This document shows, one piece after another, positions 1 to 11,669 of a stretch of 39,272 nucleotides of DNA; position 1 is the first letter of the stretch, and each line of letters begins with the position of its first letter. A program made the position numbers and the translations under genes. The notes beneath the pieces are model-generated. The model made no database searches, was not told the DNA's origin, and saw only the letters and a list, made by a program, of their open reading frames with translations. Source of the DNA: an uncultured Opitutaceae bacterium (GTDB taxonomy: Bacteria > Verrucomicrobiota > Verrucomicrobiia > Opitutales > Opitutaceae); contig CAZGOX010000002.1 in the NCBI GenBank assembly GCA_964527955.1, forward strand, positions 1 through 39,272, in the 5' to 3' direction.

Positions 1-1846
<1,846 letters not shown>

Positions 1847-1954
1847 GTTAATAGGTGGCTGATTTCGGGGTTAAAAGCGCGTCACCGCGTCACTTATCCC
1901 GCCAAGAGTTTCAAGCGTCAAGCGCAGGGGTGCTATTGTCCAGTCTCCCTTCGT

Positions 1955-3178
1955 ATGGAAAAAAAATCCGCGTCCGCCGCCGTCCCCCCCACCGGGACGC
2001 GGTCGGAATCCCCTCCCCCACAGGCGCCGTCCGACCAGGCCGGCCCCGGTTTTCCCCCGCCCGAGAACGTCATCCACGTCGAGGGTGTGCTCGATATTGA
2101 CACCCTCAAGGGAGGCAACGGCCAGCTGCTCGATCTCGCCAAGAACGGCAAACGCAAGCCGACGGACACCTTCGTCCCCAAGGAGCTGATCCGGCGCTTC
2201 AAGCTGAAGCCCGGCATGCTGGTCGGCGGGACGGCCTTCCCCCCGGAAGGACGCTTTCCCAATCCCAAGATGAAGTTCATCGAGACGGTGGACGGGAAGC
2301 CGCTGGAGGACCGCCGCGCCGCCGTGGAATTTACGTCGCTGACGACCGTCTCCCCGAACCAGCACCTGAAGATGGAGATGAAGGACGGCCGCATGACCAC
2401 CCGCGCCGTGGACCTCTTCTGCCCCATCGGCAAGGGCACCCGCGGCCTGATCGTGGCGCCGCCGCGGACCGGCAAGACGATCCTCCTGCGCGACATGGCT
2501 CTGGGCGTCCTGGAGAACAATCCCGAGTGCCACATCATGATCCTCCTGGTCGACGAGCGGCCCGAGGAGGTCACGGACTTCAAGCGGAGCGTGCCGGCCG
2601 AGATCTGGGCCTCGTCCAACGACGAGCAGATCGAGAACCACATCCACGTCGCCGACCTCTGCATCGAGCGGGCCAAGCGCCTGGTCGAGGTCGGCCGGGA
2701 CGTCGTCCTCTTCGTCGACTCGATCACCCGCCTCTCCCGCGCCCACAACACCCAGCGCAACAGCGGCCGCACCGGCTCGGGCGGCCTCGACGTCCGCGCG
2801 CTGGAGAAGCCCCGCCAGCTCTTCGCCTCGGCCCGCAAGACCGAGGAGGCCGGCTCCCTCACCATCATCGCCTCGGTGCTGGTCGAGACCGGCAGCCGCA
2901 TGGACGACGTCATCTTCCAGGAATTCAAGGGCACGGGCAACATGGAGCTCGTCCTCGACCGCAAGTGCGCCGAGATGCGCCTCTGGCCCGCGATCAATGT
3001 CGCCGCCTCGGGCACCCGCAAGGAGGAGCTCCTGATCGACCCGAAGAAGCTCGACGGCATCCACTTTTTCCGCCGCGCGCTCGTCCAGCAGAAGATCGAG
3101 GAGGCGACCGAGACTATGATCGCCCGCCTTTCCAAGACGAAGACCAACGACGAATTCCTGAAGCTGATCGCCCGCTAG
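1955..3178 (+). CDS. rho: Transcription termination factor Rho, short paralogue (407 aa) lacking a recognisable Rho_N helix bundle
   Basis: Track ORF. Walker [15 protein letters not shown], Walker [27 protein letters not shown]-loop region [31 protein letters not shown] and [21 protein letters not shown]-like segment (VIHVEGVLDI..GNGQLLD...FVPKELIRRFKLKPGMLV) follows directly after a Pro/Ser-rich N-terminus. Confidence 0.9.
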   Translation: MEKKSASAAVPPTGTRSESPPPQAPSDQAGPGFPPPENVIHVEGVLDIDTLKGGNGQLLDLAKNGKRKPTDTFVPKELIRRFKLKPGMLVGGTAFPPEGRFPNPKMKFIETVDGKPLEDRRAAVEFTSLTTVSPNQHLKMEMKDGRMTTRAVDLFCPIGKGTRGLIVAPPRTGKTILLRDMALGVLENNPECHIMILLVDERPEEVTDFKRSVPAEIWASSNDEQIENHIHVADLCIERAKRLVEVGRDVVLFVDSITRLSRAHNTQRNSGRTGSGGLDVRALEKPRQLFASARKTEEAGSLTIIASVLVETGSRMDDVIFQEFKGTGNMELVLDRKCAEMRLWPAINVAASGTRKEELLIDPKKLDGIHFFRRALVQQKIEEATETMIARLSKTKTNDEFLKLIAR

Positions 3179-3221
3179 CATCCTTTTTCCCCTCTCTCCG
3201 TCCTTCCGCCTCCAACCCTGC

Positions 3222-4985
3222 ATGCACAGTTTTTCCGAGCAATGCCTCGACATGGCCCGATCGATCCTCGGCCATAATCTCGACGCCATCCAGCCTGACG
3301 GCACCATCCTCCCCGCCCATGCGGAAGCCGCCCGCGCCGACGAGCCCGGCCACGTCGCCTACGCCCTCGGCGAGTACTACCGCGCGACCGGCGAGACCAC
3401 CCTCAAGGGCCACGACCTGATCGACCTCACCGCCCGCTGCGTGACGGCCCAGATGTTCACCGAGCCGCCGGCCGAGAACGGCCTGGCCTATGCCGCCCTC
3501 GGCCTCCTCTGCTTCGGCCCCTCCAAGGAGCGCAACCCGGTCTGGGAGCGCCTGGTCGAGGAGACCCAGCAGCGGATCGACAAGCAGCTCCTCCACCGCA
3601 GCGACTACGACAACCACTGGCAGGCCTTCAACATCGCCAAGGCGGTCGCCCGCTTCAGCTTCGGCCTGTCCAAGAAGGACGAGACCTCCCGGCTGATCGA
3701 ACAGATGGTCGAGCGGATCAGCCAGACGAGCTCCGCCGGCTTCTTCGACGATGCCGTGGGCAAGGGCATCGGGGGCAACTTCAACCTCTACGGCGTCCTC
3801 GCCCTCATCTTCACCCGCTCGGCCCTGCAGCTCCACGCCAACAGCGGCGTCCGCGACCGCAAGCTGCCGACCCTGCGGACCTACACCGAGAAGTACATCC
3901 GGATGATGCCCGACCTCGTGCGGGCGGACGGCCTCGGCTGGGCGTTCGGCCGCGCCGCGGGCGCCTACGGCCAGATGCACTGCATCACCCTCATCCTGCA
4001 GGGCCTGCGCGACGGCTGGATCCCCGACGAGCAGAAGGGGCGGTACTACGACATCCTGCGCCGGCTCTTCCTCTTCTTCTACGGGACCTACCTCGACCAG
4101 GAGCACGGCTTCCTCGACCTGCGCGACACCGAGCGCACGGCCTACGAGCTGCACACGACCCGCATGGCCAATTTTGACGCCGCGCGCTACCTCTGCCAGT
4201 GGTCCCGCCTGGCCAAGACCGTGCAGATGCCCGCGGGCGCCCCCAAGGTCGAGGCGCCCAAGACCTCCGCCCGCTTCGTCATCTTCGACAAGAGCAACCG
4301 CAAGGAGCAGGGCCTGTTCCTCTACCGCGACGCCGAGAGCGGCCTGCACCTGCAAGTCCCGCTGATCAGCTGCGGCGGCCACCTCTCGAGCGACGCCCTG
4401 CCCTTCCCCCACTGCCCGGGCGTCTTCGACTGGCCGAACAACGTCTACCTGCCGATCATGCTCCCCGAGCTGACCTTCGGCAGCCACGTCACCCTGCCGG
4501 CCTTCTACGGCAAGAACTGCGTCACCGGCCTCGGCCTGCGCAACAGCTTCTTCTTCCGTTACGAGCAGCCCGATCTCATCACGACCAGCGAGGAGATCGT
4601 CAAGGGGCTGGGCAGCGTGAAGGTCCAGTGGAACTTCACCGGCAGCAAGGTCGCCTGCGAGTTCGCCTACACCGTCCGCCAGCAGGTCACGCTCGACCAT
4701 TTCCGCTACGTCCTCGCGGTGGCCGCGCCGCACTCGAAGTACCGCACCGGCGGCTCGCTCGCGCTTGGCCCCGAGGGCTTCCGCTGCACCGTGGCCCGCG
4801 ATGACTTCCAGGCCGCCTGGCAGGCCACCGAGGTGGCCAGCGCCGATGCGACCTACCGCACGAACTACGGCAAGATCCACTACCTCCAGCACCTCGTGCG
4901 CGACCACCCGCTCATCATGCGGCCCGGCCAGACCTATCGCCTCGCGGTCAATTTCGATCCCCAGGTGACGCACGTCGACGGCTGA
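3222..4985 (+). CDS. Hypothetical protein, 587 aa (helix-rich N-terminal ~330 aa, beta-rich C-terminal ~250 aa; no signal peptide seen)
   Basis: Track ORF with natural amino-acid composition (K, N, Y, F, W present), unlike its R/G/A/V-rich antisense shadow 3114..4973. No motif I can name confidently. Confidence 0.75.
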   Translation: MHSFSEQCLDMARSILGHNLDAIQPDGTILPAHAEAARADEPGHVAYALGEYYRATGETTLKGHDLIDLTARCVTAQMFTEPPAENGLAYAALGLLCFGPSKERNPVWERLVEETQQRIDKQLLHRSDYDNHWQAFNIAKAVARFSFGLSKKDETSRLIEQMVERISQTSSAGFFDDAVGKGIGGNFNLYGVLALIFTRSALQLHANSGVRDRKLPTLRTYTEKYIRMMPDLVRADGLGWAFGRAAGAYGQMHCITLILQGLRDGWIPDEQKGRYYDILRRLFLFFYGTYLDQEHGFLDLRDTERTAYELHTTRMANFDAARYLCQWSRLAKTVQMPAGAPKVEAPKTSARFVIFDKSNRKEQGLFLYRDAESGLHLQVPLISCGGHLSSDALPFPHCPGVFDWPNNVYLPIMLPELTFGSHVTLPAFYGKNCVTGLGLRNSFFFRYEQPDLITTSEEIVKGLGSVKVQWNFTGSKVACEFAYTVRQQVTLDHFRYVLAVAAPHSKYRTGGSLALGPEGFRCTVARDDFQAAWQATEVASADATYRTNYGKIHYLQHLVRDHPLIMRPGQTYRLAVNFDPQVTHVDG

Positions 4986-4990
4986 GCGGC

Positions 4991-5755
4991 ATGCTCTCCC
5001 GCCGCATCATTCCCTGCCTGGACGTGACCGCGGGGCGGGTTGTCAAGGGCGTGAAGTTCCAGGAGCTGCGCGACGCCGGCGACCCGGTGGAATGCGCCCG
5101 CGCCTATGACGCCCAGGGTGCGGACGAGCTGGTCTTCCTCGACATCACCGCCTCGAGCGACGGTCGGCGGATCATGCGCGACGTCGTGGCCGCGACCGCC
5201 GAGCAGTGCTTCATGCCACTCACCGTCGGCGGCGGCCTCCGCTCCCTCGCCGACATCGAGGCCATGCTCAAGGCCGGTGCCGACAAGGTCTCGCTCAACA
5301 CCTCCGCCATCAAGGAGCCGGACCTGATCCGGGCCGCCTCGGACCGCTTCGGCGCCCAGTGCATCGTCCTCGCGATCGACGCCAAGCACGAGCCCGGCCC
5401 CGAGCCGAAATGGCGGGTCTACACCCACGGGGGCCGGAACCCGACCGAGCTCGACGCCGTGGAGTGGGCCCGGACCGCCGTCGCCCTCGGCGCGGGGGAG
5501 ATCCTCCTCACCAGCATGGACCGCGACGGCACCAAGGCCGGCTACGACCTCGGCCTGACCCAGCAGGTCAGCGACGCCGTCGAGGTCCCCGTCATCGCCA
5601 GCGGCGGCGCCGGAAGCCTGAAGGATTTCGCCGAGGTGCTGGAGCAGGGCCACGCCAGCGCCGTCCTCGCCGCCTCCCTCTTTCATTTCGGCACCTTCAC
5701 GGTGCCGCAGGTGAAGGATTACCTCGTCTCCCGCGGAATCCCGATCCGCCGCTAG
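4991..5755 (+). CDS. hisF: Imidazole glycerol phosphate synthase, cyclase subunit HisF
   Basis: [28 protein letters not shown]...[54 protein letters not shown]. Full-length match to the HisF TIM-barrel pattern. Confidence 0.97.
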   Translation: MLSRRIIPCLDVTAGRVVKGVKFQELRDAGDPVECARAYDAQGADELVFLDITASSDGRRIMRDVVAATAEQCFMPLTVGGGLRSLADIEAMLKAGADKVSLNTSAIKEPDLIRAASDRFGAQCIVLAIDAKHEPGPEPKWRVYTHGGRNPTELDAVEWARTAVALGAGEILLTSMDRDGTKAGYDLGLTQQVSDAVEVPVIASGGAGSLKDFAEVLEQGHASAVLAASLFHFGTFTVPQVKDYLVSRGIPIRR

Positions 5756-5759
5756 CCGG

Positions 5760-6296
5760 CTATCGTGCTGCCGGTGCTGGAGCCGGCGGCACCTTCGCTT
5801 TCGGCTCACCCACCAGCATTCCGAGCTGCTCCTGCACCGCGGCGAAGAACTCCGGCGTCATCTCCCCAGCGGGGACCTCGTAGGACTGCTTGGATCGGCC
5901 GTGCTCGAAGATGTCCTTCTCGCCGTCGGCGCTCCGCCCGCGGGACCGGAGGAGTTTCTTCCGCTCCAGCATCAGGGCGAGAAAACGGACCAGGCGGTTC
6001 GTCTCGGGCGTCAGCTCCGTTCCGGGATCAGCCAGGGTAAGGAAGAGGTTCTCGGCGGTCAGCTTCAGCGTCCGCTCGGGATTCTCGTCGTGTGTCTTGG
6101 GCTTGAAGACGTGGATCCAGCGGCAGGCCACCACCCCATCGGGGGTGAAATCCCCGGCCCGGTCGGCCAGGATGTCATGGCGCAGGATTTGCAGCTCGGA
6201 GTCCCTGACCAGGTAGCTCACCACGCGGTCGCCGGCGGCAAAGGGCTGGTGCGAGACAAAGCAGGCGGTGGCGAGGGGCTGCAGATTCAATTCCAT
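5760..6296 (-). CDS. Hypothetical protein, 178 aa
   Basis: Track ORF with plausible composition. Convergent with hisF (4-nt gap) and divergent from the phosphoesterase. No recognisable motif. Confidence 0.6.
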   Translation of the reverse strand: MELNLQPLATACFVSHQPFAAGDRVVSYLVRDSELQILRHDILADRAGDFTPDGVVACRWIHVFKPKTHDENPERTLKLTAENLFLTLADPGTELTPETNRLVRFLALMLERKKLLRSRGRSADGEKDIFEHGRSKQSYEVPAGEMTPEFFAAVQEQLGMLVGEPKAKVPPAPAPAAR

Positions 6297-6392
6297 CGGT
6301 GTTCTTGTTTACTTGCACGTGGGGGCGACGCTAGCAAATTCACTGGGCATGCCGCTGCCGTCCCGCTTCCCGACCGCCAGCTTTCCCTGCGA

Positions 6393-7052
6393 ATGACCGG
6401 GCGCCTCATCGCGATCGGCGACGTCCACGGCTGCCACCTCGAACTGGCCGACCTGATTGCCAAGCTCGAGCTTGGACGGGACGATCGGCTGGTCTTCGTC
6501 GGGGACCTGGTCAACCGCGGTCCGGACAGCAGCAAGGTGCTGGATATCGCCCGGGCCAACAAGGCGATCTCCCTCCTCGGCAACCATGAGCTTCGCCTCC
6601 TGAAGTACCGCCGCACGAACGACCGCAAGTACGCCAAGGAGCACGACCTCGAAACCTACGAGCGGCTTCGCCCCCAGGACTGGGCCTACATGGAGACCAT
6701 GCCCCTCACCTACGAGGAGCCCGAGCTCAACACGGTCTTCGTCCACGGCGGCTTCCTGCCCAACGAGCCCTGGCAGAAGCAGCCCCCCGAGGTCGTCACC
6801 CGGATCCAGGTGGTGGACCGCGACGGCCACCCGGCGAAGCGCTCGGCCGCGCCCGACGCCCCGCTTTGGGCGGACCTGTGGAACGGCCCCCCGTTCGTCA
6901 TCTATGGCCACACGCCCCGGCCGGAGATCTACAAGTTGAAGTGGTCGGTCGGCATCGACACCGCCTGCGTTATGGGCGGCTACCTCACCGCCTGCGTCCT
7001 GCCGGAAAAGCGCTTCGTCCAGGTCAAGGCCCGCCGGGCCTACTACCCCTGA
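6393..7052 (+). CDS. Calcineurin-like metallophosphoesterase (ApaH / PrpE-type diadenosine tetraphosphatase or Ser/Thr phosphatase family)
   Basis: An internal ATG at 6393 of track ORF 5901..7052 gives MTGRLIAIGDVHGC...LVFVGDLVNRGPDS...LLGNHE...VFVHGG...IYGHTP, the canonical GDxHG / GDxxxRG / GNHE / H motifs. The upstream 164 codons are antisense to gene 5760..6296. Confidence 0.85.
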   Translation: MTGRLIAIGDVHGCHLELADLIAKLELGRDDRLVFVGDLVNRGPDSSKVLDIARANKAISLLGNHELRLLKYRRTNDRKYAKEHDLETYERLRPQDWAYMETMPLTYEEPELNTVFVHGGFLPNEPWQKQPPEVVTRIQVVDRDGHPAKRSAAPDAPLWADLWNGPPFVIYGHTPRPEIYKLKWSVGIDTACVMGGYLTACVLPEKRFVQVKARRAYYP

Positions 7053-7056
7053 CCCC

Positions 7057-8046
7057 ATGCCCGAATTTCCTCCCCTCCTGGCCGTGAAGGACGTCAAGGC
7101 GCTCGGCGCCGCCGGCGGCCAGGCGTTCGCCAGCATGCTCGTCGTGCGGAAGCTCGCGACCAAGCTCGCGGCCAACGGCAACCCCTTCCTCAGCCTGGAA
7201 TTGGGCGATCGGAGCGGGTCCTTTACCTGCACGGTCTTCAGCGACAGCCCGGCGTATGAGTCCATCAAGGCGGCCGGCGAGGGCGCCGTCCTGCGGGTCG
7301 AGGGCAAGATCGAATACTACCAGGGGCGCCTGTCGCCGCGCCTGGGGAAGGTCGCCGCGCTGGACGAGGGCAAGCTGAGCGATCCCGCCCTCGTCGCCAA
7401 TCTCGTGGAGAACGCCCCCGAGGACGCGAAGAAGCTGACGGCGGAGCTCGCCGCCTTTGTCACGGGCATCGGCCGGCCGGAGCTGCGCGCCACCGTGCAG
7501 GCGGTCTTCGAGGAGCTGGGGGATGTCTTCCACGTCGCCCCCGCCGCCCTGGGAATGCACCACGCCTACCGGCATGGGCTCCTTGAGCACACGGTCCGGA
7601 TGGCGCGCGCCGCCCAGGCCTTGGCCCCCCTCTATCCGGAAACCGACGCGGACCTCGTGATGGCGGGGGTCCTCCTCCACGACACGGGCAAGGCGATCGA
7701 GTACGAAGGCACCCTTTCGCCCCGCCGCACGCGCCGGGGCATCCTTCAGGGTCATGTCGTCCTCGGCTATCAGCTTGTGCGGAAGGCGGGCTTCAAGGCC
7801 AAGCTCGACGCCGAGCTGCTCGAGCGGCTGGAGCACGTTGTCCTTAGCCACCAGGGAAAGCTCGAGTGGGGCGCGGCCGTCATGGCCGCGACGCCCGAGG
7901 CGGTTCTCGTCTCGATGATCGACAACCTCGACGCCAAGATGGGCATGGTCCAGCGGGCCCTGCGCCAAGCCGCCGCCGGCGAGGAATTCTCGGAGCGGCT
8001 GCCGGGGCTCGAGTCGGCCTTGCTGACCCGCCCCCCGCCGAGCTGA
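7057..8046 (+). CDS. OB-fold + HD-domain protein, YhaM-like 3'-5' exoribonuclease family
   Basis: N-terminal OB-fold-like segment (FLSLELGDRSGSFTCTVFSDS...LRVEGKIEYYQGRLSPRL), then HD-domain motifs HHAYRHGLLEHT and LLHDTGK. Starts 4 nt after the phosphoesterase stop. Confidence 0.8.
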   Translation: MPEFPPLLAVKDVKALGAAGGQAFASMLVVRKLATKLAANGNPFLSLELGDRSGSFTCTVFSDSPAYESIKAAGEGAVLRVEGKIEYYQGRLSPRLGKVAALDEGKLSDPALVANLVENAPEDAKKLTAELAAFVTGIGRPELRATVQAVFEELGDVFHVAPAALGMHHAYRHGLLEHTVRMARAAQALAPLYPETDADLVMAGVLLHDTGKAIEYEGTLSPRRTRRGILQGHVVLGYQLVRKAGFKAKLDAELLERLEHVVLSHQGKLEWGAAVMAATPEAVLVSMIDNLDAKMGMVQRALRQAAAGEEFSERLPGLESALLTRPPPS

Positions 8047-8053
8047 ACCGGCC

Positions 8054-9913
8054 TTACTGCCGGCTGAGGCTCATCAGGAACTCGGCGTTCGACTTCGTCT
8101 TCTTCAGCCGCTGGATCAGCATTTCCATCGACTCGATCGGGCCCAGGCCCTGCATCGCCCGGCGCAGCCCGTAGATGCGCTGCAGTTCCTCGGGGTGATA
8201 GATCAGCTCCTCCTTGCGGGTGCCGGAGCGGTCGATGTTGATCGCCGGGAAGACCCGGCGCTCGACGAGCCCGCGGTCGAGGTGGAGCTCCATGTTGCCC
8301 GTGCCCTTGAATTCCTCGAAGATGACCTCGTCGGCGCGGCTGCCGGTGTCCACGAGGGCCGTCGCGATGATCGTCAGGCTGCCGGCGCCCTCGATGTTGC
8401 GGGCGGCGCCGAAGAAGCGCTTTGGCTTCTGGAGGGCGGTCGCCTCCAGGCCGCCCGACATGATCTTGCCCTGGCTCGAGGCCAGCGCGTTGTAGGCCCG
8501 CGCCAGGCGGGTGATCGAATCCAGCAGGATGACGACGTGCTGGCCCTGCTCGATCAGCCGGCGCGCCTTCTCCCCCACCATCTCGGCGCAGTGCACGTGG
8601 CTTTCGGGGGCCTCGTCAAAGGTCGAGGACACGACCTCGCCCTTGGTGTGGCGCCGGAAATCGGTGACCTCCTCGGGGCGCTCGTCGATCAGGAGGAGGA
8701 TCAGCTTGGTCTCCGGGCTGTTCTCCGAGATCGAATTGGCGATGTTCTGGAGGAGGATGGTCTTGCCGGTGCGCGGCGGGGCCACGATCAGCCCGCGCTG
8801 CCCGTAGCCGATGGGGGTCAGGATATCGACCGCCCGCATCGAGACGTCCTTTTGCACCTCCGGGGCCTCCAGGAGGACCCGCTTGAGGGGATAGTAGGGA
8901 ATCAGCTCCTCGAAGGGCGTAACCTTGGAAATATCCTCCGGATCCATGCCCATCACCTTGTCGATGCGGACCACGGCCGGGCAGCGCTCGCCCTCGCCGG
9001 GCGCCTGGACCAGCACCTCCACCTGGTGGCCCCGCTTGAGGCCGTAGCGGCGGATCAGGCTCTCCGGCAGGAAGGCGTCCTCCGGATAGAGCCGGTAGTT
9101 CACGTGCTCGTGGACGATGAAGGCTCCGCGGTCGGTCAGGTCCACGTATCCGTGGTCGCAGATCGCGCGCTTGGCGTCGCCCGCTTTCGCAAAGATCTGC
9201 CCGAGGAGTTGCTTGCGATTGGGGGCGCCCTCGAATTCGGCGCCGTACTCGCGGGCGAAGGCGGTCAGGTCCGCCAGGGTCAGGGCGTAAAGCTCGTCCA
9301 GGCGGAGCGCCTTGCCCTTGCCGGAGGAAATTTCCTTGGCCAGCGCGTCGAGCGCCGCCACGTCGGCGAAGCGTGAGGGATTGGGCAGTTCGCCGTAGAC
9401 GGGCGCATTGCTCGGCGGGGGCGGTTGCGCCGGATAGGCCGAGCCGCCATGGCCCCCGTGTCCGCCCTGCTGCCAGCCGCCGCCACCGCCGTGGCGGCCA
9501 CCGCGCTTGCGCTTGTTGCGCTTCCATTGGTTGCGGTCCTGCCATTCACCGCGGCCGCCTCCGCCTCCGCCACCCCCGCCGTGGCCACCCTGGCCCTGGG
9601 GACTTTGGCCGCCCTCATACCCCTGGCCGCCGCCCTGGCCGTTGGACGGACCTGCCTCCGGGGCACCGCCGGACGGTGTTTCCGCCGGGGCGGGCGCCTG
9701 CTCGCGCTCGTCGCTGCGGCCAGCCGACTCTTCACGGGCCGGCGCTTCCGCCGTGCCCTCGCCTTCGCGGCGGCGCGGTCCGCGCGTGCGGATCCGGCGG
9801 CCCTTCTGGCCTTCGCCGGCTTCGGCGTCGGTGGGCGGATTGTCTGCGTCGGTCTTCTCGGGGGTTGCCATGTAAGGTGATTGAGCCGCGAAGCGGCTGG
9901 AGGGGATGGACAC
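8054..9913 (-). CDS. rho: Transcription termination factor Rho, full-length paralogue with ~180-aa Gly/Gln/Arg-rich N-terminal extension
   Basis: Rho_N-like [20 protein letters not shown]...KQLLGQIF; [16 protein letters not shown]...[18 protein letters not shown]; [14 protein letters not shown]; [14 protein letters not shown]; [10 protein letters not shown]; [31 protein letters not shown]; [16 protein letters not shown]. The start may instead be the second ATG at 9871 (MATPEK...). Confidence 0.93.
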   Translation of the reverse strand: MSIPSSRFAAQSPYMATPEKTDADNPPTDAEAGEGQKGRRIRTRGPRRREGEGTAEAPAREESAGRSDEREQAPAPAETPSGGAPEAGPSNGQGGGQGYEGGQSPQGQGGHGGGGGGGGGRGEWQDRNQWKRNKRKRGGRHGGGGGWQQGGHGGHGGSAYPAQPPPPSNAPVYGELPNPSRFADVAALDALAKEISSGKGKALRLDELYALTLADLTAFAREYGAEFEGAPNRKQLLGQIFAKAGDAKRAICDHGYVDLTDRGAFIVHEHVNYRLYPEDAFLPESLIRRYGLKRGHQVEVLVQAPGEGERCPAVVRIDKVMGMDPEDISKVTPFEELIPYYPLKRVLLEAPEVQKDVSMRAVDILTPIGYGQRGLIVAPPRTGKTILLQNIANSISENSPETKLILLLIDERPEEVTDFRRHTKGEVVSSTFDEAPESHVHCAEMVGEKARRLIEQGQHVVILLDSITRLARAYNALASSQGKIMSGGLEATALQKPKRFFGAARNIEGAGSLTIIATALVDTGSRADEVIFEEFKGTGNMELHLDRGLVERRVFPAINIDRSGTRKEELIYHPEELQRIYGLRRAMQGLGPIESMEMLIQRLKKTKSNAEFLMSLSRQ

Positions 9914-9918
9914 CGCGC

Positions 9919-10494
9919 TCAGGCGAGCGTGGCGACGAGGCGGTCGACCTGGGCCTTGAGGAAGTCAGGTGTGCCCTCGTTCCAAAGGACGAAATCGGAC
10001 AGCTCTATTTTTTTTGCCAGCGGCAATTGCTTGGAAATGCGTTGTCCAGCGAACGTGCGATTTATGCCACACTGCTCCAGCCGAACCAGTTGCTGTTCAG
10101 GAGCACACGCGACGCAGACGATGAAATCAAACCATTTCTCGAGCGATTTTTCAAAGAGAAGCGGCACTTCGACCGCCCAGCGGCCTCCCGGATCCGAGGC
10201 GAGGGCCTCTCGCCACAATGCGAAAACACGCGGATGGGTAAGATCCTCGAGCCACGCTAGTTCCGCATCGTCTGCAAACACCTTGCCCGCCAGGACCCGG
10301 CGATCGACCTCTCCGGAGACGCCGATCACCCCGGGCCCATGGCGCGCCTTCAGTTCCGTGATCACGGCGGGATCGGTCAGCACCTTTTCCCGGATCAGCT
10401 GGTCGGAATCGAGCCGGCGAAAGCCCCGCTGCTCGAAGAGCCGCGCCGCAGTCGACTTGCCGGACCCAAACCCGCCCGTGATGCCGAGGATCAT
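9919..10494 (-). CDS. coaE: Dephospho-CoA kinase
   Basis: MILGITGGFGSGKST P-loop at the N-terminus, LDSD, 191 aa, overall CoaE pattern. Stop lies 5 nt upstream of the rho start, so the two are likely co-transcribed. Confidence 0.92.
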   Translation of the reverse strand: MILGITGGFGSGKSTAARLFEQRGFRRLDSDQLIREKVLTDPAVITELKARHGPGVIGVSGEVDRRVLAGKVFADDAELAWLEDLTHPRVFALWREALASDPGGRWAVEVPLLFEKSLEKWFDFIVCVACAPEQQLVRLEQCGINRTFAGQRISKQLPLAKKIELSDFVLWNEGTPDFLKAQVDRLVATLA

Positions 10495-10598
10495 GCGGCC
10501 GATGCTCTAAGGCCGGACGGGGGTCGGTTCAAGAGTACTCCTTGCCTCGAATCCGCCGAGGCGTTCACTCAACGGCTTTTGCTCCCCGCAAACCGATC

Positions 10599-11669
10599 AT
10601 GAGGATTGTCTACGGCGTATCCGGCGAAGGCCTCGGGCATGTGCGCGAAGCCATCGAAATAGCCGAAATCCTGCAGCGGGAGGGCCACCTCGTGAAGGTG
10701 CTTACCTATGGCGAGCGCGCGTGCGAGTCGCTGGGGCGGTTCCATCCTACCCGGATCGAGGGCCTCCCGCTGTATTTCGACGAGAAAGGCCTATCCCTCG
10801 TCCAGACGATCGGGAAGAACCTCCATTGCATCCCCTTCTACGTCCGGAACTGGGGCCGGCTGAAGCAGGAGCTCCGCGCTTTCCGGCCCGACGTCTTCCT
10901 CACCGCCTACGAACCCTTCACCACCATCGCCGCCCACGTCCTGCGGAGGCCGCTCGTCAGCATGGACAACCAGAACGAGCTCCGCTTTCTCCGGCCACCG
11001 GCCGGCCGGCAGGGGTTTGCTTTCCGCGTGGCGCGGCTGGCGACCCGGATCTGCACCTACGGGGCTGACTGGTACATCGTCAAGTCGTTCACTCCCTTCA
11101 CGCCAGGCCGGCGGGACGTGCGCGTGGTCTTCCCGATCATCCAGGCCGAGATCAGGAAGCTGCAGCCGCGCGAGGCTCCGTATGTGCTCGTCTACCTGAC
11201 CAAGCCCAACCCCGGGCTGATCCGGGTCCTGCAATCCCTGGCCGGCGAGGTCTTCCACGTCTACTCCCACAACCAAGCCGGCGAGGCGGGCAATGTCCGC
11301 TTCCGGCCGCCGGGTCCCGGGTTCCTGCGCGACCTCGGCGATTGCAAGGCGATCATCGCCACCGCCGGCTTCTCGCTGATCGCGGACGCGCTCTATCTGC
11401 GGAAGCCCTACTTCGCGGTTCCGCTGAAGAAGCAGTTCGAGCAGACCCACAACGCCAATTTTCTGCGCCGCTCCGGCTTTGGCGCCAGCGCGGAAAGCCC
11501 CACCCGGAACGATCTTGAGCAGTTTCTGGCACGGCTGGACCAGTATCGCGAAAGACTGGCTGGCTATCGCTTCAATCCGGCCGAGCAGGAGGAGATGCTC
11601 CTCGGGATCCTGAAGACCATCGAGGCCGCCCCGGACCGGGATGCCGCCGTCACAGGCGCTTGCCCCTGA
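10599..11669 (+). CDS. Glycosyltransferase, MurG/GT28-like (MJ1255-type) family
   Basis: The internal ATG at 10599 gives MRIVYGVSGEGLGHVREAIEIAEILQREGH.V.VLTYG, typical of this family's N-terminus. C-terminal AIIATAGFSLIADALYLRKP resembles the nucleotide-sugar binding half. Confidence 0.8.
   Translation: MRIVYGVSGEGLGHVREAIEIAEILQREGHLVKVLTYGERACESLGRFHPTRIEGLPLYFDEKGLSLVQTIGKNLHCIPFYVRNWGRLKQELRAFRPDVFLTAYEPFTTIAAHVLRRPLVSMDNQNELRFLRPPAGRQGFAFRVARLATRICTYGADWYIVKSFTPFTPGRRDVRVVFPIIQAEIRKLQPREAPYVLVYLTKPNPGLIRVLQSLAGEVFHVYSHNQAGEAGNVRFRPPGPGFLRDLGDCKAIIATAGFSLIADALYLRKPYFAVPLKKQFEQTHNANFLRRSGFGASAESPTRNDLEQFLARLDQYRERLAGYRFNPAEQEEMLLGILKTIEAAPDRDAAVTGACP

Noticed and set aside
1871-3307. 478-aa and 404-aa minus-strand ORFs opposite rho-1
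   Set aside because: They are shadow ORFs produced by high GC. The plus strand carries all Rho motifs.
3114-4973. 619-aa minus-strand ORF opposite the 587-aa hypothetical gene
   Set aside because: It has typical shadow composition (G/A/V/R/E/L runs, almost no K/N/Y/F/W). The plus-strand product looks like a real protein and fits the gene spacing with rho-1 and hisF.
5901-6392. N-terminal extension of the track ORF ahead of the supported internal start (the same pattern recurs at 13323-13595, 18981..20819, 25057-26091, 29364-29765, 30698-31222, 31636-31758 and 31856-32269)
   Set aside because: In every case the extension overlaps the preceding or opposite gene, and the recognisable family N-terminus, signal peptide or prepilin motif begins at an internal ATG. 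Several of these form ATGA overlaps with the upstream stop.
7060-7078. CCCGAATTTCCTCC at the start of the YhaM-like gene, resembling the third CGAATTT box at 23090
   Set aside because: It lies within coding sequence (MPEFPPLL), occurs once, and has no phased partner. It is most likely coincidence.
8195-9545. Plus ORF 8195..9376 and out-of-frame minus ORFs 8616..9545 and 9280..9735 within rho-2
   Set aside because: They overlap a gene with unambiguous Rho motifs. Their Arg/Pro/Gly-rich products are frame artefacts of the GGC-rich region.
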